Positions 46,001-60,461 of a DNA stretch of 64,000 nucleotides are shown here, one piece after another. A program made the position numbers and the translations under genes. The notes under the pieces are model-generated. The model saw nothing but the letters and a program-made list of their open reading frames with translations. It did not search any database and had not been told where the DNA came from. The first letter of the stretch is position 1. Every line of letters starts with the position of its first letter. Origin of the DNA: Yuukianura sp. NJ FZ-2021 (lineage: Eukaryota); assembly GCA_046563655.1 (NCBI GenBank), contig CM102286.1:11718001-11782000 (forward strand), read 5' to 3'.

Positions 46001-46760
46001 TGGAAGTGATGGAGAAGATGATGGAGAGTTGGACTTCGCTGCTGAAGTGAAAACAAAGAAGAAAGGGAAACGAAAGGCGCAGGAAGAAGAAGAAGATGCA
46101 TCTGAAGATGATGATGACGATGAAGAAGCTATTGACTTTGATGGAGATGATGATGCGGATGAATTAATTGACCTTGACGAAGGGAATGACGAAATAGAAA
46201 TGGATCTGGAAGACGGTAGTGATGATGATGATTTCGAAGAGTTTGGAGGAAAGGCGTTCAAGGAGAAACTTCAGGTTGGTGAATTCACAGTACTTTGCAG
46301 ACGCAAATATTCGATATTTTGTTTCGTTGTTATTGATTAATTGAAACAATTGTTTTCTTTTAACAGCTGAAGACTAAGAAATTCAAAGGAAGCAAAGGAA
46401 CTGCCATGTTTGCCAACGCTGATGACTTTTCGGAAATGCTGGAAGCCAATGCCGACGTTGCTTTTAGTGGTTCGAATACTTTGATCAACAAGGACAATTC
46501 ACGTGAGTTGAATAATTTACTGTGTTTATTAGTTAGTGAATTTCTTTAGTGTGCTATTATTTCTTGAAACAGTGCACATGAGTTTAACTTGCTAAAGTTA
46601 GTAAACTACTCTTTAATGCTAATAGTTCTAATACTGTGAACATTTCTAATTTACAGATGTGAAGCAGCTCAAGTGGGAAACGCAGAGAGATCGGTGGGTC
46701 AAAGGTTACAAGAATAAATCTAAAGACAAATTCAGTAAGAAACGCAAGTTCAAAAAGTGA
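43099..46760 (+). CDS. CEBPZ: CCAAT/enhancer-binding protein zeta (CBF/Mak21/Noc1 ribosome biogenesis factor)
   Basis: GTLSDRMAA, HPEQE, LIVNKLGDP, RAQYYGICFLN, YDPMARNPAYCGA, HFHPSVALF, YDGNPLKDFTVGRFLERFVYRNAK, acidic tail and KQLKWE. Multi-exon; TGA at 46758-46760. Divergent from CWC22. Confidence 0.92.
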
Positions 46761-47595
46761 ACACAGCGGAATAAATCTCTTACAAAAACTAAGGTAAAGT
46801 GATTAAATCGAAATCAGCAATAAGGAGTATTAGGATCATGAACATAATACTAAAATAGAAGATTTCAGAATCTTTGTAAAAAAGAAGAAGTGTCTTATAT
46901 CGATAACTTGTTTTTAAATCTGTACTTCAAATGTTACACAACGTAACAAAATTCCTAGAAAAATCAAGAATAGTTTTCAGTCCGGACAGATTATTACCAA
47001 ATAAATATTTTTGAATTTAACTACAGCTCTAGAAGTGAGTTAAACTTATAAGAATAAAATATATAATCTTTATAGTGTTTCGGCGATTATTAGCATTGTT
47101 AGGTCACTGTTATAGTCTTTTATAGTATTTCTGTTTCATTCTAAAAAGTTCACTACTATAACGTGTTGCTGCGTTCCAAAATATAGGATCACAGTAATTG
47201 AATTTTACACTAACATGCTAACCAGTTCTTTAGATTTTAGATTCACAGAGTCCAGTGTATCACAAAGCAAGCGATGTTGCTGGATTTAACTAACAGAAAA
47301 GCAAGACTTAAAAATTGGAAATGAGGAATTTTATAAATTCTAAAGTATTTCCTGTAAAAGAGGAAATGATACAAGGCAGGAATAGGAAACTTTCCGGTAT
47401 TCTTTTCTTATTTCTAAACACTGGCAAGAATTGCAAAGAACTAAAAGAGCGACCAACCGTAGCAGGCCATATCTAATATTATAATACTAAGAAATCGGAC
47501 TTTTCCTGCGCACAATAATTCAATTACTCGTTTTCGTTTTCTTCTGGTGGTAGGGCATACAGATGATAGACGAAGGAGATGAGATGTCGCCATGT

Positions 47596-49845
47596 TTACG
47601 TCCTTCTACGCCTTTTGGTTCCTGTTTCAGTGTCGGTCGGCAATTCGTCCAACGATGACTTGTTCTTGACACCACGGCTACTCCGTCCACCAACCTTATG
47701 AGAACCATTTTCGTTCGACTCGGTACTATTCCATCCAAAAGTCTGCTGAGCCGTAATTTCAAGTATTATATTTGCTGGAATGATTTTCTCTTTCTGGAGC
47801 AATGCCGTTACTTTCTTCATCTTCGAACTGCGAAAGTAGACACAGACGATACGGTTTCCATCTTCGTCCACAAGAGCATCACTCCCTGGTCCTTTACTGT
47901 TTCCATTCATATCCGTAAATCCTGAGGTACTTTGTCCATTAGTAGGCTGGGATGTATCCGTATCACAGACCGTAGATGTACCACCATTAGACTCGGGGTC
48001 TCCATTTTCCCCAAATATCTTCACGCCCTTGCGAGCAGTCCACTCAAACTTCGTCAAGGAATTCATCCAACACTGGGCCCACGTAATGTGCAGTACTGGG
48101 ATTGTCCCTTGTTCTTCCCAGAAGCAAATTCCGTCAAAATAGCGCAGCAAGGAGGCGTAGCACTCGGGATCCCGTGTCGGAGAATTTGCACTGAATCCAG
48201 CACTACATTTTCTCATCATCGAGGTCAAGTGCTCCTTGCTGATTTCGATAAACTCTTTGTAGATGTCTTCGTCCAATTTTGAGTATCGGTATCTAATAAC
48301 ACGAAATGATGCAAGTTATGTCAAGTAGCATAATTCAGAAATTGTCATTTCGATATTAATGCTTTGGTTAAACTTACCGGCTAACAATTTGTGCTGCCTC
48401 TGCCCAACATCGCAGTGCTCCTTTGAAGTCTTCATGTCTGTATAGATATCCAGCGTAGTAGAGATGAGGGTAGATGTGCATGTTATTGTAATGAATCCGG
48501 CTAATTGAAATAGCCTCTTCGAAGAGATCTGTGCAAGATTTGACGGGCTCAACGGTTGGCTCTGACATCTCCTTGAGATCAGCTAAGTGACCGATAGCCT
48601 GAAATATGAAATGGGAGTTAGTCATTAAGTCGTGTTATTCTTGACTGGGGCAACTAACCATAGGAAAGCGCTCAAGTAACTTCAGATCATGGAGCTTCTG
48701 AAGAAGTTGACGTTGGATGCTGGACATCTCTCGGGAATAAGAGAGAATACTGATGGAAGGATTAATTGCCGAAACAATTGCCGCCATTTCCATCCATCGA
48801 GTACAAGTAATGGCCCAGCCCTTCTGATATAGCCAGGACGGGCTATCCTCAACTGGCCGTCCACGTTTATCTTCGCCTGTTCTGCCTGCGAATGAATATC
48901 GAACATCAGATACAAAGCCACCACTCAATAGTTATCCTCAAAAGTTTTTCAAATAAATAGTACTACTCACCATGCCAAGTGACTTCAGCAGTGCTGTTAG
49001 CTTGCTCTCCTCTTCCAAATGTTACCCAAGAATGATCCTCAGACAAAACCAAATGCACATCCTGGAGACCAAGGATTTGTGCACTGGCGACAACCGCAAG
49101 AGACAATCCAAAACTGTCCAACTTATATCCTGTAAACCATCAGAATTAGGATTTTTAGTTAACCAAACTACAATGTGAAATCAACGGAATAATTGAAATC
49201 CTTTGTTACCAGTGACAAAGCTGTAGAGAGTTTGAAAGTGTGGTTTATCCAGTAGGCAATTCCTGGACAAGCTATTCCAGAAAAGATCCGAAATGCTTGT
49301 GATGAGTTCTCTGGATGTACCAAGGGGACTATTCTTGTCATGCAAGATGAGGTCAGTATTCAGTGATGAGAACAGCTTTGCTTTAAAGTTGTCGTAAAGT
49401 GCCAAGACAAGGTCATACTCCAGTGGCGGGAATTCATTCTCATGGCTGCCATGATTCTTCCCGTTATCGGCAACACCTTCCGGTTCAATGCCTTAAAAAC
49501 AACATCACAGTTATTTTCATTGTCATAGATCGAATTAATGTAAACCAACAGCAACTTACCAGTATTTGCTTCAGGAATATTTGCTTGTACCAATGTTCTA
49601 GCATGTCTTTGGATTTTCGATTTTTTGGAAAAAGTACCGGCAGCCTGACTCGTAGTTGTTAATGACTTTTCAATCCTTCCCAAGACAATTGACAGTAATG
49701 CAAGATTCGGTTCTTGTTGCAGCGCTTGGTCTTCGTTATCTGCTTGTAGCTTTTTGAAAAACTCGTTCTCAACAAACGTAACGAAATCCTTAGTAGTAGC
49801 AATCGGAAAGAGGCCTCTTGACTCGTCACTGATGAGTTTCATCAT
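47596..49845 (-). CDS. MEN1: Menin
   Basis: [11 protein letters not shown]...[79 protein letters not shown] and FRSSKMK...ITAQ match menin. Multi-exon. Confidence 0.93.
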
Positions 49846-52039
49846 TATGATGATGTTTTCTCAAATCTTCGTCTGCTTTCACTTCCTCTCAATGTTCTTC
49901 TGTCTCTATTAAAGTTAACAAGCAATGAACAATGCAATGCTATAAAATATACATAAAACAGATTGTAATATACGTTACGTGAAGGAGTAGGTGCCAATGA
50001 ATAATTTACCAGTTTTTGATGATGTGGATTCGGGAAGTCAGTGTCCTGGAAGGAGAACGACGAAAATAGTTGGAGTTGGGGGTAATGAATTAAATATGAA
50101 AGTACTGAAATGACAGGCAAGAATTTTCTGACTTACCTTTACTACGGATACGGATTCACGGATTCATCCTATTTAAATCGAACAGGAGGATGACAGACTG
50201 TGGGTGATTCAGATTACCGATCTGCGGGAGCTGGATAAAATTCAATTCGTCGTTGTTATTGAAAACTTCAAACAAAAATACTAAAACTCATTTGTTTGTC
50301 CATATGACTCATGACTCACAGGGTTGAATCCGGGCATTCGGAATTCTTGCGGGATTTTGGGAAATGAGACTTTTACCTTCTCTCGTTCTTTCTGGATATT
50401 TCTCTCCGATTTGTGAAACTTTTTCATGCGAAAGTTTGGTTTATTGCGTCGTAATTTTTCCGACATAAATTTGGTAAACTTAAATTATAAGATTTGCTTA
50501 ACGGCATTTAAAAATGAACAAAATTTAACTTATTGCTAATCAAACTTTGAATTTATTTAAAAATATAATTCTGAAGTAACGCTACTGTTCCAGACATAGT
50601 ACACGTTGGTAGGCGCCATTGCATTCGCGTCCTAAATTAGCCTAGCATGGCTTTTAATGGAAAAGTGTAAAGTTATCAAAAGTCAAAAAAAAATTGTACA
50701 CATAAATTTGGTGGTCCAGGATGCTAACGTTAGTGTTTTAACAGTAGTTAACTACTTATGTATTAACAAAACAATGATTAACTGCTAAAATTATCGCTTG
50801 CAGCAAAATTTGCCAGTTTTCGAAATTAATGAGCACTGTTCATGTTTTTATATTCGTAATGAAGTGCCTGAAATACCTTTGAAAACAAAGTAAATTGGCT
50901 TTATTCGTGTGTGTCTAGAAATAAAGCAAATTTCTATGAAACCAATTTGTTGCTGAAAGTTTCAAATTTACACGCAAAGTATGTCATAAGCATTCGGAAT
51001 CAAATGATTGTTGGAGTGTTGAGGTCAAGTGACCTCGTTGGAAAATACCACAGAAATTCCACTTCGAAGAGTCGAATTTTCTCCAAAAACTTTCTTCACC
51101 ATCCTTGTAACTTTCGTTCTTTTTTGATTGAATTTGGATGTAGGTCGTGAAAGTGAATGGAATTTCAAGTAGTTTCTTCAGTTTTGGAAACAGAAGATGT
51201 AAACTCTTGTCTTAACAATGGAAAATGTTAGATTCGACAAATTAGTTAATTAAAGTTGTCGACCTAATTAATTTAAAAATTAATCAATTTGACAAAGGTC
51301 AAATAAAGAACAGTAGTATTGTCAAAAATCTGCGGCAAACTTATGAGCTGCAATTACGATGCAGGAGGTTTTATGTACATTATATATAAACTAAAAAAAT
51401 ATAAAATATCACCGCGTGCTACGATACAGTTTGTAGCGGAAATTGGAACTTCAATCATAGATCAAGATCACATAATCACTTGGCGTATTTTGACGTTCTG
51501 TACGGAAATCACGAAATGCCCGGCCTTTTGTAATTATTTTTTTCAAATAAAAGCACGGTGCTCACTGAATTCTGACTAGCTTTTCAAGTATCATTTTTTG
51601 AAAAGCTGTTTCAAATTATATGTTCCAGCATCTTTAAAGCTTCACAATTTCCAGCGGGATTGCAAATGAGTTTCTATATTTTCTTTTAAAATTTTTTTAA
51701 GCAATACAACGCTGAAAGCAAGATTTTTATCCGAAGATTAAAAAACGTTAGTTTGAATTGAACAGAGCGAAGTTGGACAACGTTGTGCAAAGATGTTCTG
51801 AAAAGCTCCAGCAGGATATCAGATCAGAGCATTTGTCAAATTTGTTTTAGTAGAGAAGAAGATTCTGAAGGAATCACATCTACTTGATTTATTTGCTGAT
51901 TTTTATAGTCCTCTGTTTTTCGTTTTCACCAAAGTTCACTCAACTTTTACATTTGTAAAATTTTATTTGGAAAATCAAAAATTCAAGTTTTCTGGGAAAT
52001 GATTTCAAAAATAGCTTCAACCTTTTAAACCAAAAAAAC

Positions 52040-55000
52040 ATGAAGTGTACCGTTAGTTTCGTGAGTGTCGTTGCTGTCATTCTTGTCATTGGAACTTTAG
52101 CAATCATAATTCTCATCACGATTCCTGGTAAGGACGCCATTTTTCACTGGATTAAAAATCTATGGCAAAAAATCAATCGATATTTATACTTTCCAGAATC
52201 ATGTCCAGGAACTTCATTCAAGTGTGACGAAGATGACCAATGTTTCGCTATTAAATTTAAGTGTGATGGAAAACAGGTAAAATCGGAAATTCATATTTTA
52301 TGCTATTTTTCAGTCGAACTGACGCGTTTAAAAAAATTCAAAAGTTCAAAACCAGAAGGTTTGTGCTACTGGCATTTTTTTTCTGAATATTTTTGGAAAG
52401 TTTCACTGGTGCAAATAATGACGTTATTAGGATTATGGCTTCCAATTTTGTTCGAGTGAAATTAGAGTAATAAAATTTTAGAATCTGAAAAAATTGAAAA
52501 GTGTGTAAATTCTTGCTATTTCTGAGAAAAAATTCTGACAGTTGCATATTCGACTGCATTTTTCAATATTTCAGCACTGTTCAAATGGAAGTGACGAGTT
52601 ACCGCATAGATGTGGTAAGTTCTTGAACAAATATTTTTTTCGGTGTTGAAAAAGTTTTTTAAACAAATAACACTTATTCTTTTTGATTTCTTTTTTCATA
52701 GCTGACCTAATAAATCTGTCCCACTCAATTCGACAAACTTTTAGTCATTTGAATGCCACAAGAATTTCAACAACTCCACGTCCAAAGATTGATGAAAATT
52801 TATGCAGTAAGTCAAATTAAAACGGGAATTTTTTTTTAAAGAATTTTTATTAGTTTTTGTTAGGATTTTGAAAAAGTTTCTACTTGAATTTTATTGTAAT
52901 TTGTTTGAAGACGTTCAACATCCGCCAGATTGCTCTTGTCGTGGAGGTTACAAAGTATATTGTCAGGATTTGGCGTGGACCGCCATTGATTGGACATTGT
53001 TTGACAACGCAACAGTTCGATTGTAAGCTAACAATTAGCATAACTTTAATTAACTTTTACAAAAAATGCTCACTTAACTTAGAATTTTTAACTAAAGAAT
53101 GCTAGTTTTAGTTTGTGATTTTACATTTTATTTTTAGGCTACTCAAAAACGTATTGGTTGAAGATTGGCAAGAATGCGGCGCTGTGGATTTTAGCAACCT
53201 CAAAGTGTTGTAAGTTTTTTTTTGTTTTGAGCTAAAAGTAATTAGCATTTGGTAATTATTCGCGTGGCAAAGTAAATTGATGAACTCTGTAAATATTCAT
53301 CACTGCAGTTCCAATTCCAGCCTTTCATCTCTAGCATATTTCTTTTTGTTGTCATTGAACAACGTAATTAGACTTTTCATATATTTGTCATGGAGGGAAT
53401 CAATTTCTTCCTGTGACGGATTTTGAATTTTCGGAACATCAATTGGTTTTCCCACAATTGTGTGAATTGGCGTTCGAAATGGTAGTAGGCCCATCGAGTA
53501 TTGAAAAATCCCGCGTCCATGAAACAGTGGCAGAGTAAATTTAAACAAACGTTTGACTTGATTTTGAATTTTGCGCATTTTTGACTTGTCTCCAATCGGC
53601 GACTGGTAGAAAACTTCATTTTCACCGAAAGAGATGACCGGGACTAACGGAGCTCTAAGAATCAAAATTCTGCATTTAGACACACGTTTTGCCAAAATTT
53701 TCAAAACTTTCTGTTCATTTTGCATTATTTCAAAATCTTACCCATGCTGCAAAGCCAGTTTGACGAATCCCTTCCGTGACTTGATCGTAAGCTTCATAGT
53801 GTCAGGTACAGCGTCGATGGCTTCAGCAGCGCCCCCTACGACAATAACAATGGCATTTCCAGTTCCCGCCTTTGTGAGCATGTACTCAATGCTCTCTTTG
53901 TCGGCACTGATGTGTCCACGGAACAGTGACAATTCACGGTGCAATGGAAACCAAAAGTTGACATGAAGCGTGACTAAGCGCGGCATTATTCCGGGAAACA
54001 GTTTGCTAAAACCCGTTCCGTCGGTGGCGAAATTCCCAAAGGCTCCGGTTGCCAAAATCCCATGCGGGTGGTAACCAAAGATGTAGTTTTTGGTGGGGTC
54101 AAGGTCAGCACACTTCTCAAGTGTAATTGGAAAGTATTTGGCGAAGGACTTGTACAGAGTCAACTGCCGAAACCACGGAACCAGTCTCCCACCTACAAAA
54201 AAAAATTCAAAAAAAAAAATACAAAAAAAAGTTCTTAAAAACTCTGTTTTTTTTTGTGCTTTCTTGTTTTTCAAACTTCGAAATGCCTATCTCCGTATAG
54301 CCTTTGACTTTTAAATTTTTTCAAGAAAGCTTCCAGGTCGCGGATGCGGATGCGGTGATAAAAATTATCAAAAAAATTAATAAATTACTTAAAATTCTGA
54401 ATTTCAATTACGCTATTGTTTATTTTGAGCAAACATAAATTGCTTACCTCTTCGGCAAGTATTGCGGTCATAGTAGACCCAGGCGATGTAGCAAACTGAA
54501 ACATAATAGTATTCAGTGAACAAAAGAATTGCCAAGATGAAGCATGAGTAAACGCCCGTTAGAAATTCAAACAGCGCCAAGAGCACTGCCAGAGTCTGAA
54601 GTCTTCTTTCCAGTGGCACATTCAGCGGTGCAAATTCAATGCCCAAGGCTCTCATTGTTCTAAAAACTTTCTTTTAAAAAGCTTTTCGTCTGTGGTCAAG
54701 AACTCAAGGACAAGCAAAATATGTCGCCTTTAGCTTTTTGTCCTTCCTGCTTTAAGTCTAAAACTGTCACTGGACTCAATTGTGGTCAATGTGGGGGTGT
54801 TTTGGTTCTTGGGATTTTTACATGGCTTGGTCTTCGTGATTTTGATAGTGTCTTTTGACACGTTGTTTCAACATACTACTATCTGAAACTTAATAGGAAC
54901 TTAAGGTTACGAGTTAATAAGGTTATGAATATGAGACTAAAAGTTCTGGTTTGGACATTTTAACATTACTATGCATATGCATCATGTCTTTTCTATAGTA

Positions 55001-58000
55001 ACTAAGAAGCGTCTGTCCAAAGAGTACTAAAATTATATCGGTTACGAAAAGACCATGACCCTGAGAATATCCTGACAAAGCGTCTTTCCATGATATGAAA
55101 AACTCTACACCGAGTTTTCACACTTTGAACGATTTTGAAGTTTTTTTTAGCCACTTTACAATTGTTTACTTTCAGTTGAACAATTGAAACCTAACCTAAA
55201 CCAATAAAAGAACAATGGTTTTTGAAGTAGAAGTTGAAATTTGAAAGAGCATTTTGAGTATTTGTTGTAAAACCAAATGATAAGTTGAGCAAGATTTTTT
55301 TTTGGATGAGATTTTAAAAAGTCGTTTCAAATGCAACTACTGAGGCGATGAACTACACGTCTCAAAGGTCAAGGAGAAATGGAACTTTTTCTTCGCTTTT
55401 TTGAAAGTGGCCATAAATTATACAGTAAGATGCAGTTTTGAAAGTGTTGCAAGTGCGAAAATGACAAATTTTTACTTGCTAGTGCCGGTTGGGAACAGCT
55501 TATCATAAGTTCTAATGTGAACGTCACAGTTTTGCGTCAAAATTTGGAAATGAAATGATTTTTTTTAAATTGCGCTGTTGACGAAATTGATGTGCAAATG
55601 ATTCAGATTTGTCGAAGAAATGGAGTGTGCTATACGTTCAGTTTTAGAAAAATGAACCAAAACTGTCCGTAGTAAATCCTTGAACCATGTTAATTGAATT
55701 TCAAATTGAAATTTTTGAATTTATTTTTGCGTTTTAGACAAATCGAAGATAATCCAAAGATGCGGACTTTCCCTGCTGAATTTCTTAAGGACAAGACGAA
55801 TGTCAACTTTTTGTAAAACATGGAACAAATTTAATCAAATTTTAAAAAAAAAACTTGACATCTCACATTTCTTTTGTTGTTTACTTTTAGGTTTTTGGAA
55901 AATAATATTTTTGAAAGTTTGAATTCAAAAAGTTTTGAGAAGATGTCAAAACTGGAGAATCTTTTGCTCAGTAAAAATTTGATCAGAGAACTTCATCCCA
56001 ACGCGTTCTACGGACTCGACTCTTTAATTTTTCTGTAAGACAGTTATTCTCACTGACTTTAACAATTTTAACAGTTTCAGTATTCTTTTTGACTTAATTT
56101 TTTATTTTAGAGATTTGTCTTCTAATCAAATCCAATTTGACTGGACGTACCAGTTTCAGGGAATGCCAAGACTTGACAGATTGTAAGCACCATTTAAAAA
56201 TTTGAAAATGAGACTTACAAAAAAACTTCATTTAAGGATAAGTTTTGCCCAGCTAACTGGTCTAATTATTTGTAATTGTTTTGTATTTTACAAAATAAAT
56301 TCACACTTTTCAGGAATTTACAAAATAACCAAATTGAAAACATCGGAAGTCCAGCATTTCGCAGTTTGACAAAATTGACTCAGTTGTAAGTTAAAAATTC
56401 CTCAAATGCTTTGCATTTACTAAAATAATTACATTAATTACACTTATTTACTAAAATAATTGCATTAAGTACACTTTTGATATTTAATTTAAAATTTTGT
56501 GTTTTCAGAAATTTGAACCACAACAAAATCCAAGTAATCCATGCTCGAGCTTTCCGGTACAACGAGATGCTTCGAGAACTGTAAGGCCACTTAAGCACTT
56601 TATAATCATATTGTTAATTAATTACTTTCACTGGCCAATTACTTTTCGAATTACATTTTAAGCCACTTAACTTATCCGAAACCACTTTTATCCAGTCACA
56701 TTTCAGGAAACAACATTCATTCATTGGATTCAAGCACATTCAGTGGTCTTCCAAATCTCATTAAACTGTAAGAACAAAAACAGAAATTCAATTGTTAATT
56801 TTCTTTTCTGGACTCTCCATTACTCCCACGGGAGAAAATTAAGTAGTAAATTAATTTATCAAAGTAATTGACTTTCTCTGTTTACTACAATATAGGCAGC
56901 TTGCTGAAAATCCAATTCATAGACTTTCTCCATCTCTCTTTTCGTCAACAACAAATCTCCAATCTCTGTAAAGTGATTTACTTTGACCTCGCCATTTCCC
57001 TTACCTTTGTTCCATTTTAATTCAAAAATGACTTTGATGTGTCACAGAGACTTGACTGGACTGGACTTGGAAAACATTGACCTTCAGATTTTCTCATTAC
57101 TTACAAACCTCAGTTTCGTGTGAGTCGTAATAAAGTGGCCTTGTTTAAATGTGAAGTTGAGGATTGAATTTCAATTAATTCTGGCTCATGTCAATTGATA
57201 TCTGTTTTTTGTAGACATTTTAAGAAATTTGAGTACTGTCAATATGTACCACGAGTACCGAATTGTCGTCCTACCACTGATGGTAAGAATGTAGATTGAA
57301 TTACCTCATTGCATCGATTTAAAATTCAATCACAGAATTTTTTAAAAGTGTGATTTAAATTTCAAATTTGACAATTGGACTGGACTTGGCGTATATTTTT
57401 GAATTTGGTACAGGGATTTCATCAATCCAGAACCTACTTAATGGAAAGGAACTCCGTGCTGTGGTGTGGGTCATTACACTGTTCACTGTCATTGGGAATG
57501 TCCTTGTCATTAGCACGAGATGGAAAAGTAACAAGGACAGGAAAATTCAGGACGTTTTTATGAAAAATTTGGCAGGTACAATTTTTTTTTTTTTTGAATT
57601 TTTTAGACTAAACTTTTTTGACACTTTTTTAAATTTTAGCTGCTGATTTGTTGATGGGTGTTTACCTCGGGATAATCGGTATCAAAGACTACCAGTACCG
57701 CGGTATCTTCAATACGCAGGCGTACTCTTGGTACAACTCCTGGGAATGTATTTTCATTGGAGTTTTGGCAATGGTTTCATGTGAGGTACACGGCGCTAAA
57801 ATCCAAAAACCTAAGAAATCTTAGTTTTTTTTTAAACAAAATTGTTTCAAAAACGTAAACGTCTAAAAGTTGTTTTTGTACCAAAATCGGAAAGTGAAAA
57901 TTGTTTTAGGTTTCGCTGCTTATTTTGACTGTGATGTCGCTGGAGCGATACTTGGTCATTAGTGGACCGCCGTCATACAGGAAGTTGACGAAGAATTGGG

Positions 58001-59065
58001 CCATGGCGTCCATGGCTCTGCTTTGGGCATTCATCATTGCGCTGGCTGTGACACCAGGTAACTTTATACGTAAACTCAGAATTGATTGGTGAAAATTCTA
58101 ATTTGGAATAAAGTTACAATTTAATTTTAATGATAGCATTTATGTGGAAATCTTCTTACTTTGGAAGTTCCGGACTCTGTTTTACGTTACACCTTCATGA
58201 CGCCTTTGCAGTGGGCTGGGAATATAATGCTTTTGTTTTCATTGGGATCAATTCTATGTGGTAAATTTTTACAACAAAAAAATTAAACCAAATTTTAAAA
58301 AAAAATGTTTGGAAATATAACTTTTCAAGCTTGATTTGCATCGCAATTTTCTATGGACGCTTGTTCTGGGTCGTGAGAGAAACGAGTTCATCCACCCCTC
58401 TCGTGGTCAAAGACGTTGAAATGGCAATTCGGTTTTTCCTAATGGTTTTGACGGACTTCTTTTGCTGGGCACCGATCATTCTGTTGAAATTTTCTGCTCT
58501 CAAAGGCTACAGAGTACCAGGTAATACATATTTAAAGTTATATTTTTCATTTTTTTAAACTATTTATTGTATGTTTGAAAAAATTCAGATTCTGTTCTGG
58601 CATGGACAACAATTTTCATAATGCCCCTCAACTCTGCCATCAACCCCATGCTCTATACTTTCTCCACAAGAAAAATCAGAATCAAACTGTTTGCTAAATT
58701 ATTTGCAACACACACAAGCGACACGCGGAACCTCCGTCAAAATATAGAGTCTGTTGGTAAGGAACTTTGTGACATGTAATTTAATACTTTTTATTACGTT
58801 ACTTGTTATATTAATTTAACCAAAATAGTGCGTAAATTTACTGATATATGTTTGGTACTACGTAGAAGGTCGATTGATGACTCCCGATGCCACTGACGAT
58901 TCCAAGATCAATTCATCTCAGGATTGGCGTCAAAAGCTCTCCACAGTCTCTTCGGATCATTCTGAAGCTTTCTCCCTTGTTGGATCTGCAAGATCCAAGA
59001 GAGAAAATAGTGGAACCAGCAATGCTTCTGATCCGACGTCTGGTTCTGCTGTTAATCCGTGCTAA
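52040..59065 (+). CDS. Relaxin-family LRR-GPCR (LDLa + LRRs + 7TM; LGR3/LGR4/RXFP-like)
   Basis: N-terminal hydrophobic segment and LDLa (CPGTSFKCDEDDQCFAIKFKCDGKQ-HCSNGSDE). Many ~72-nt LRR exons at 55.7-57.1 kb. Then [81 protein letters not shown] and PLNSAINPMLYTFST. Confidence 0.88.
53300..54655 (-). CDS. DGAT2/MOGAT-family acyltransferase nested in an intron of the LGR gene
   Basis: Exons ~54448-54655, ~53740-54192 and ~53300-53655. Motifs FAPLNVPLERRLQT, YFP, YHPHG, GGAAE, RKGFVKLALQHG, LVPVISFGENE and VGKPI. Confidence 0.92.
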
Positions 59066-59470
59066 ACAGAATTAAATTGTTGTATTTATCAGAATTATTT
59101 GAATATTTACTGCCTAAGTCAAACATTGATCTCGTTCTTTGTTACTCTTACTGTACATTTCTTGAAAAATTGTTTGAATATGTTTGTGCAAACCTTCATT
59201 TTATGAATTTTAATGTGGTAGTACACCATTTTATGGAATTAAAAATTTTAGCATTGTTGTGGTTCAGATTATCTTGAGAGTAAATTATATTTAAAAAAAT
59301 CTTGAATAATCTTTCGCTTTGGAGAAATCTCTGATCAACTAAAGAAATCAAAAGGTACGGGATGACATTAAATGAATTTGTCTCGTTTGACTTTCGGACG
59401 TCGTTCGTTACCGTAGTAGTGCTTTTTCAAGACTGTTTTATGACTTTCAAATATCAAGTAATACAACGTC

Positions 59471-60247
59471 ATGTCACGAAAACGTTTTTCTTTTTCAATT
59501 CTGCCAGTTCGTTCTGATGATCACGCAAAGTACCGGGCAGTGAAACAATCAACTAAAATCATGGAGAAAAGCTGGGAGGATAGAATTTGTTCTAGTCTTT
59601 GGACTTTCTTTTCTGTGCTGTTGAAAATCTGTGGATTCGTAGTCTTCAAAATGATAAGTGTAATGGTTGCAGTAAGTCAGAATTCAATTTAATAAATAAT
59701 CAACTTACTTAAATATCAAGTACTTGAGACAAATTTGTATAATGGTTTTGTGTATTCACACTTCTTGTCTCCTTATGTTTAGAAATACATCTATAACTTC
59801 TACCTCCGCATACTTGGCAAGGACAGCAAACAAAAAGCATTGAACAAACAAGATTGTTCTCCAGCCTTCAATCAGCTTCATGAAATTGAAACTGCAAAAG
59901 CCAAACGGAAACGCAGGAGAAAAGCATTCGAGTTAAATAGAGAGGGAATGAGCCAAGAGAAAGCAGAGGACAACCAGTTTGTTCATTCCGTCAATCAATT
60001 CCTGGATCAGATCAGTAAGTGTTTTAATTAAACAGTAAGTAAGCAAGGAGTAAGTAATTAATAGAAAGTAATTAAGGATTGTCAGTAGTTAAAATTACGA
60101 AGCAATTGAAAGGGTAGTGGTTTACATTGCTTGTTACTTTCTCCAGAGTCGAGGAAGGAAGAGAGGAACAAGCACTTGGAGAAAGTCAAAGCGGCGCTAC
60201 TGGAACGTTTGAAACAAAAGGATGACGATGGACCACATCAAGAGTAA
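59471..60247 (+). CDS. Hypothetical protein (~177 aa, 3 exons, one hydrophobic segment, basic/coiled-coil tail)
   Basis: In-phase exons 59471-59671, 59783-~60013 and 60147-60247 with GTAAGT donors and pyrimidine-rich AG acceptors. No recognised motif. Confidence 0.55.
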
Positions 60248-60461
60248 CGTATTGAAAAAAATATTGTTTGCTGAAAAAATGAGGAACGAGAATTTTGAAA
60301 TGAGTTAATTTATTGAATAAGTTCAAAGATTATTTAAACAAATTGCACTAATGTTTAAAAGTTCGTTACATGAACTACTGGTGAGATTGTTATAGGCTTT
60401 CACGCGGGAAAACAATTACTGAAAAATCGCATTAACACAACACATAACAAAGTGCAACTTA

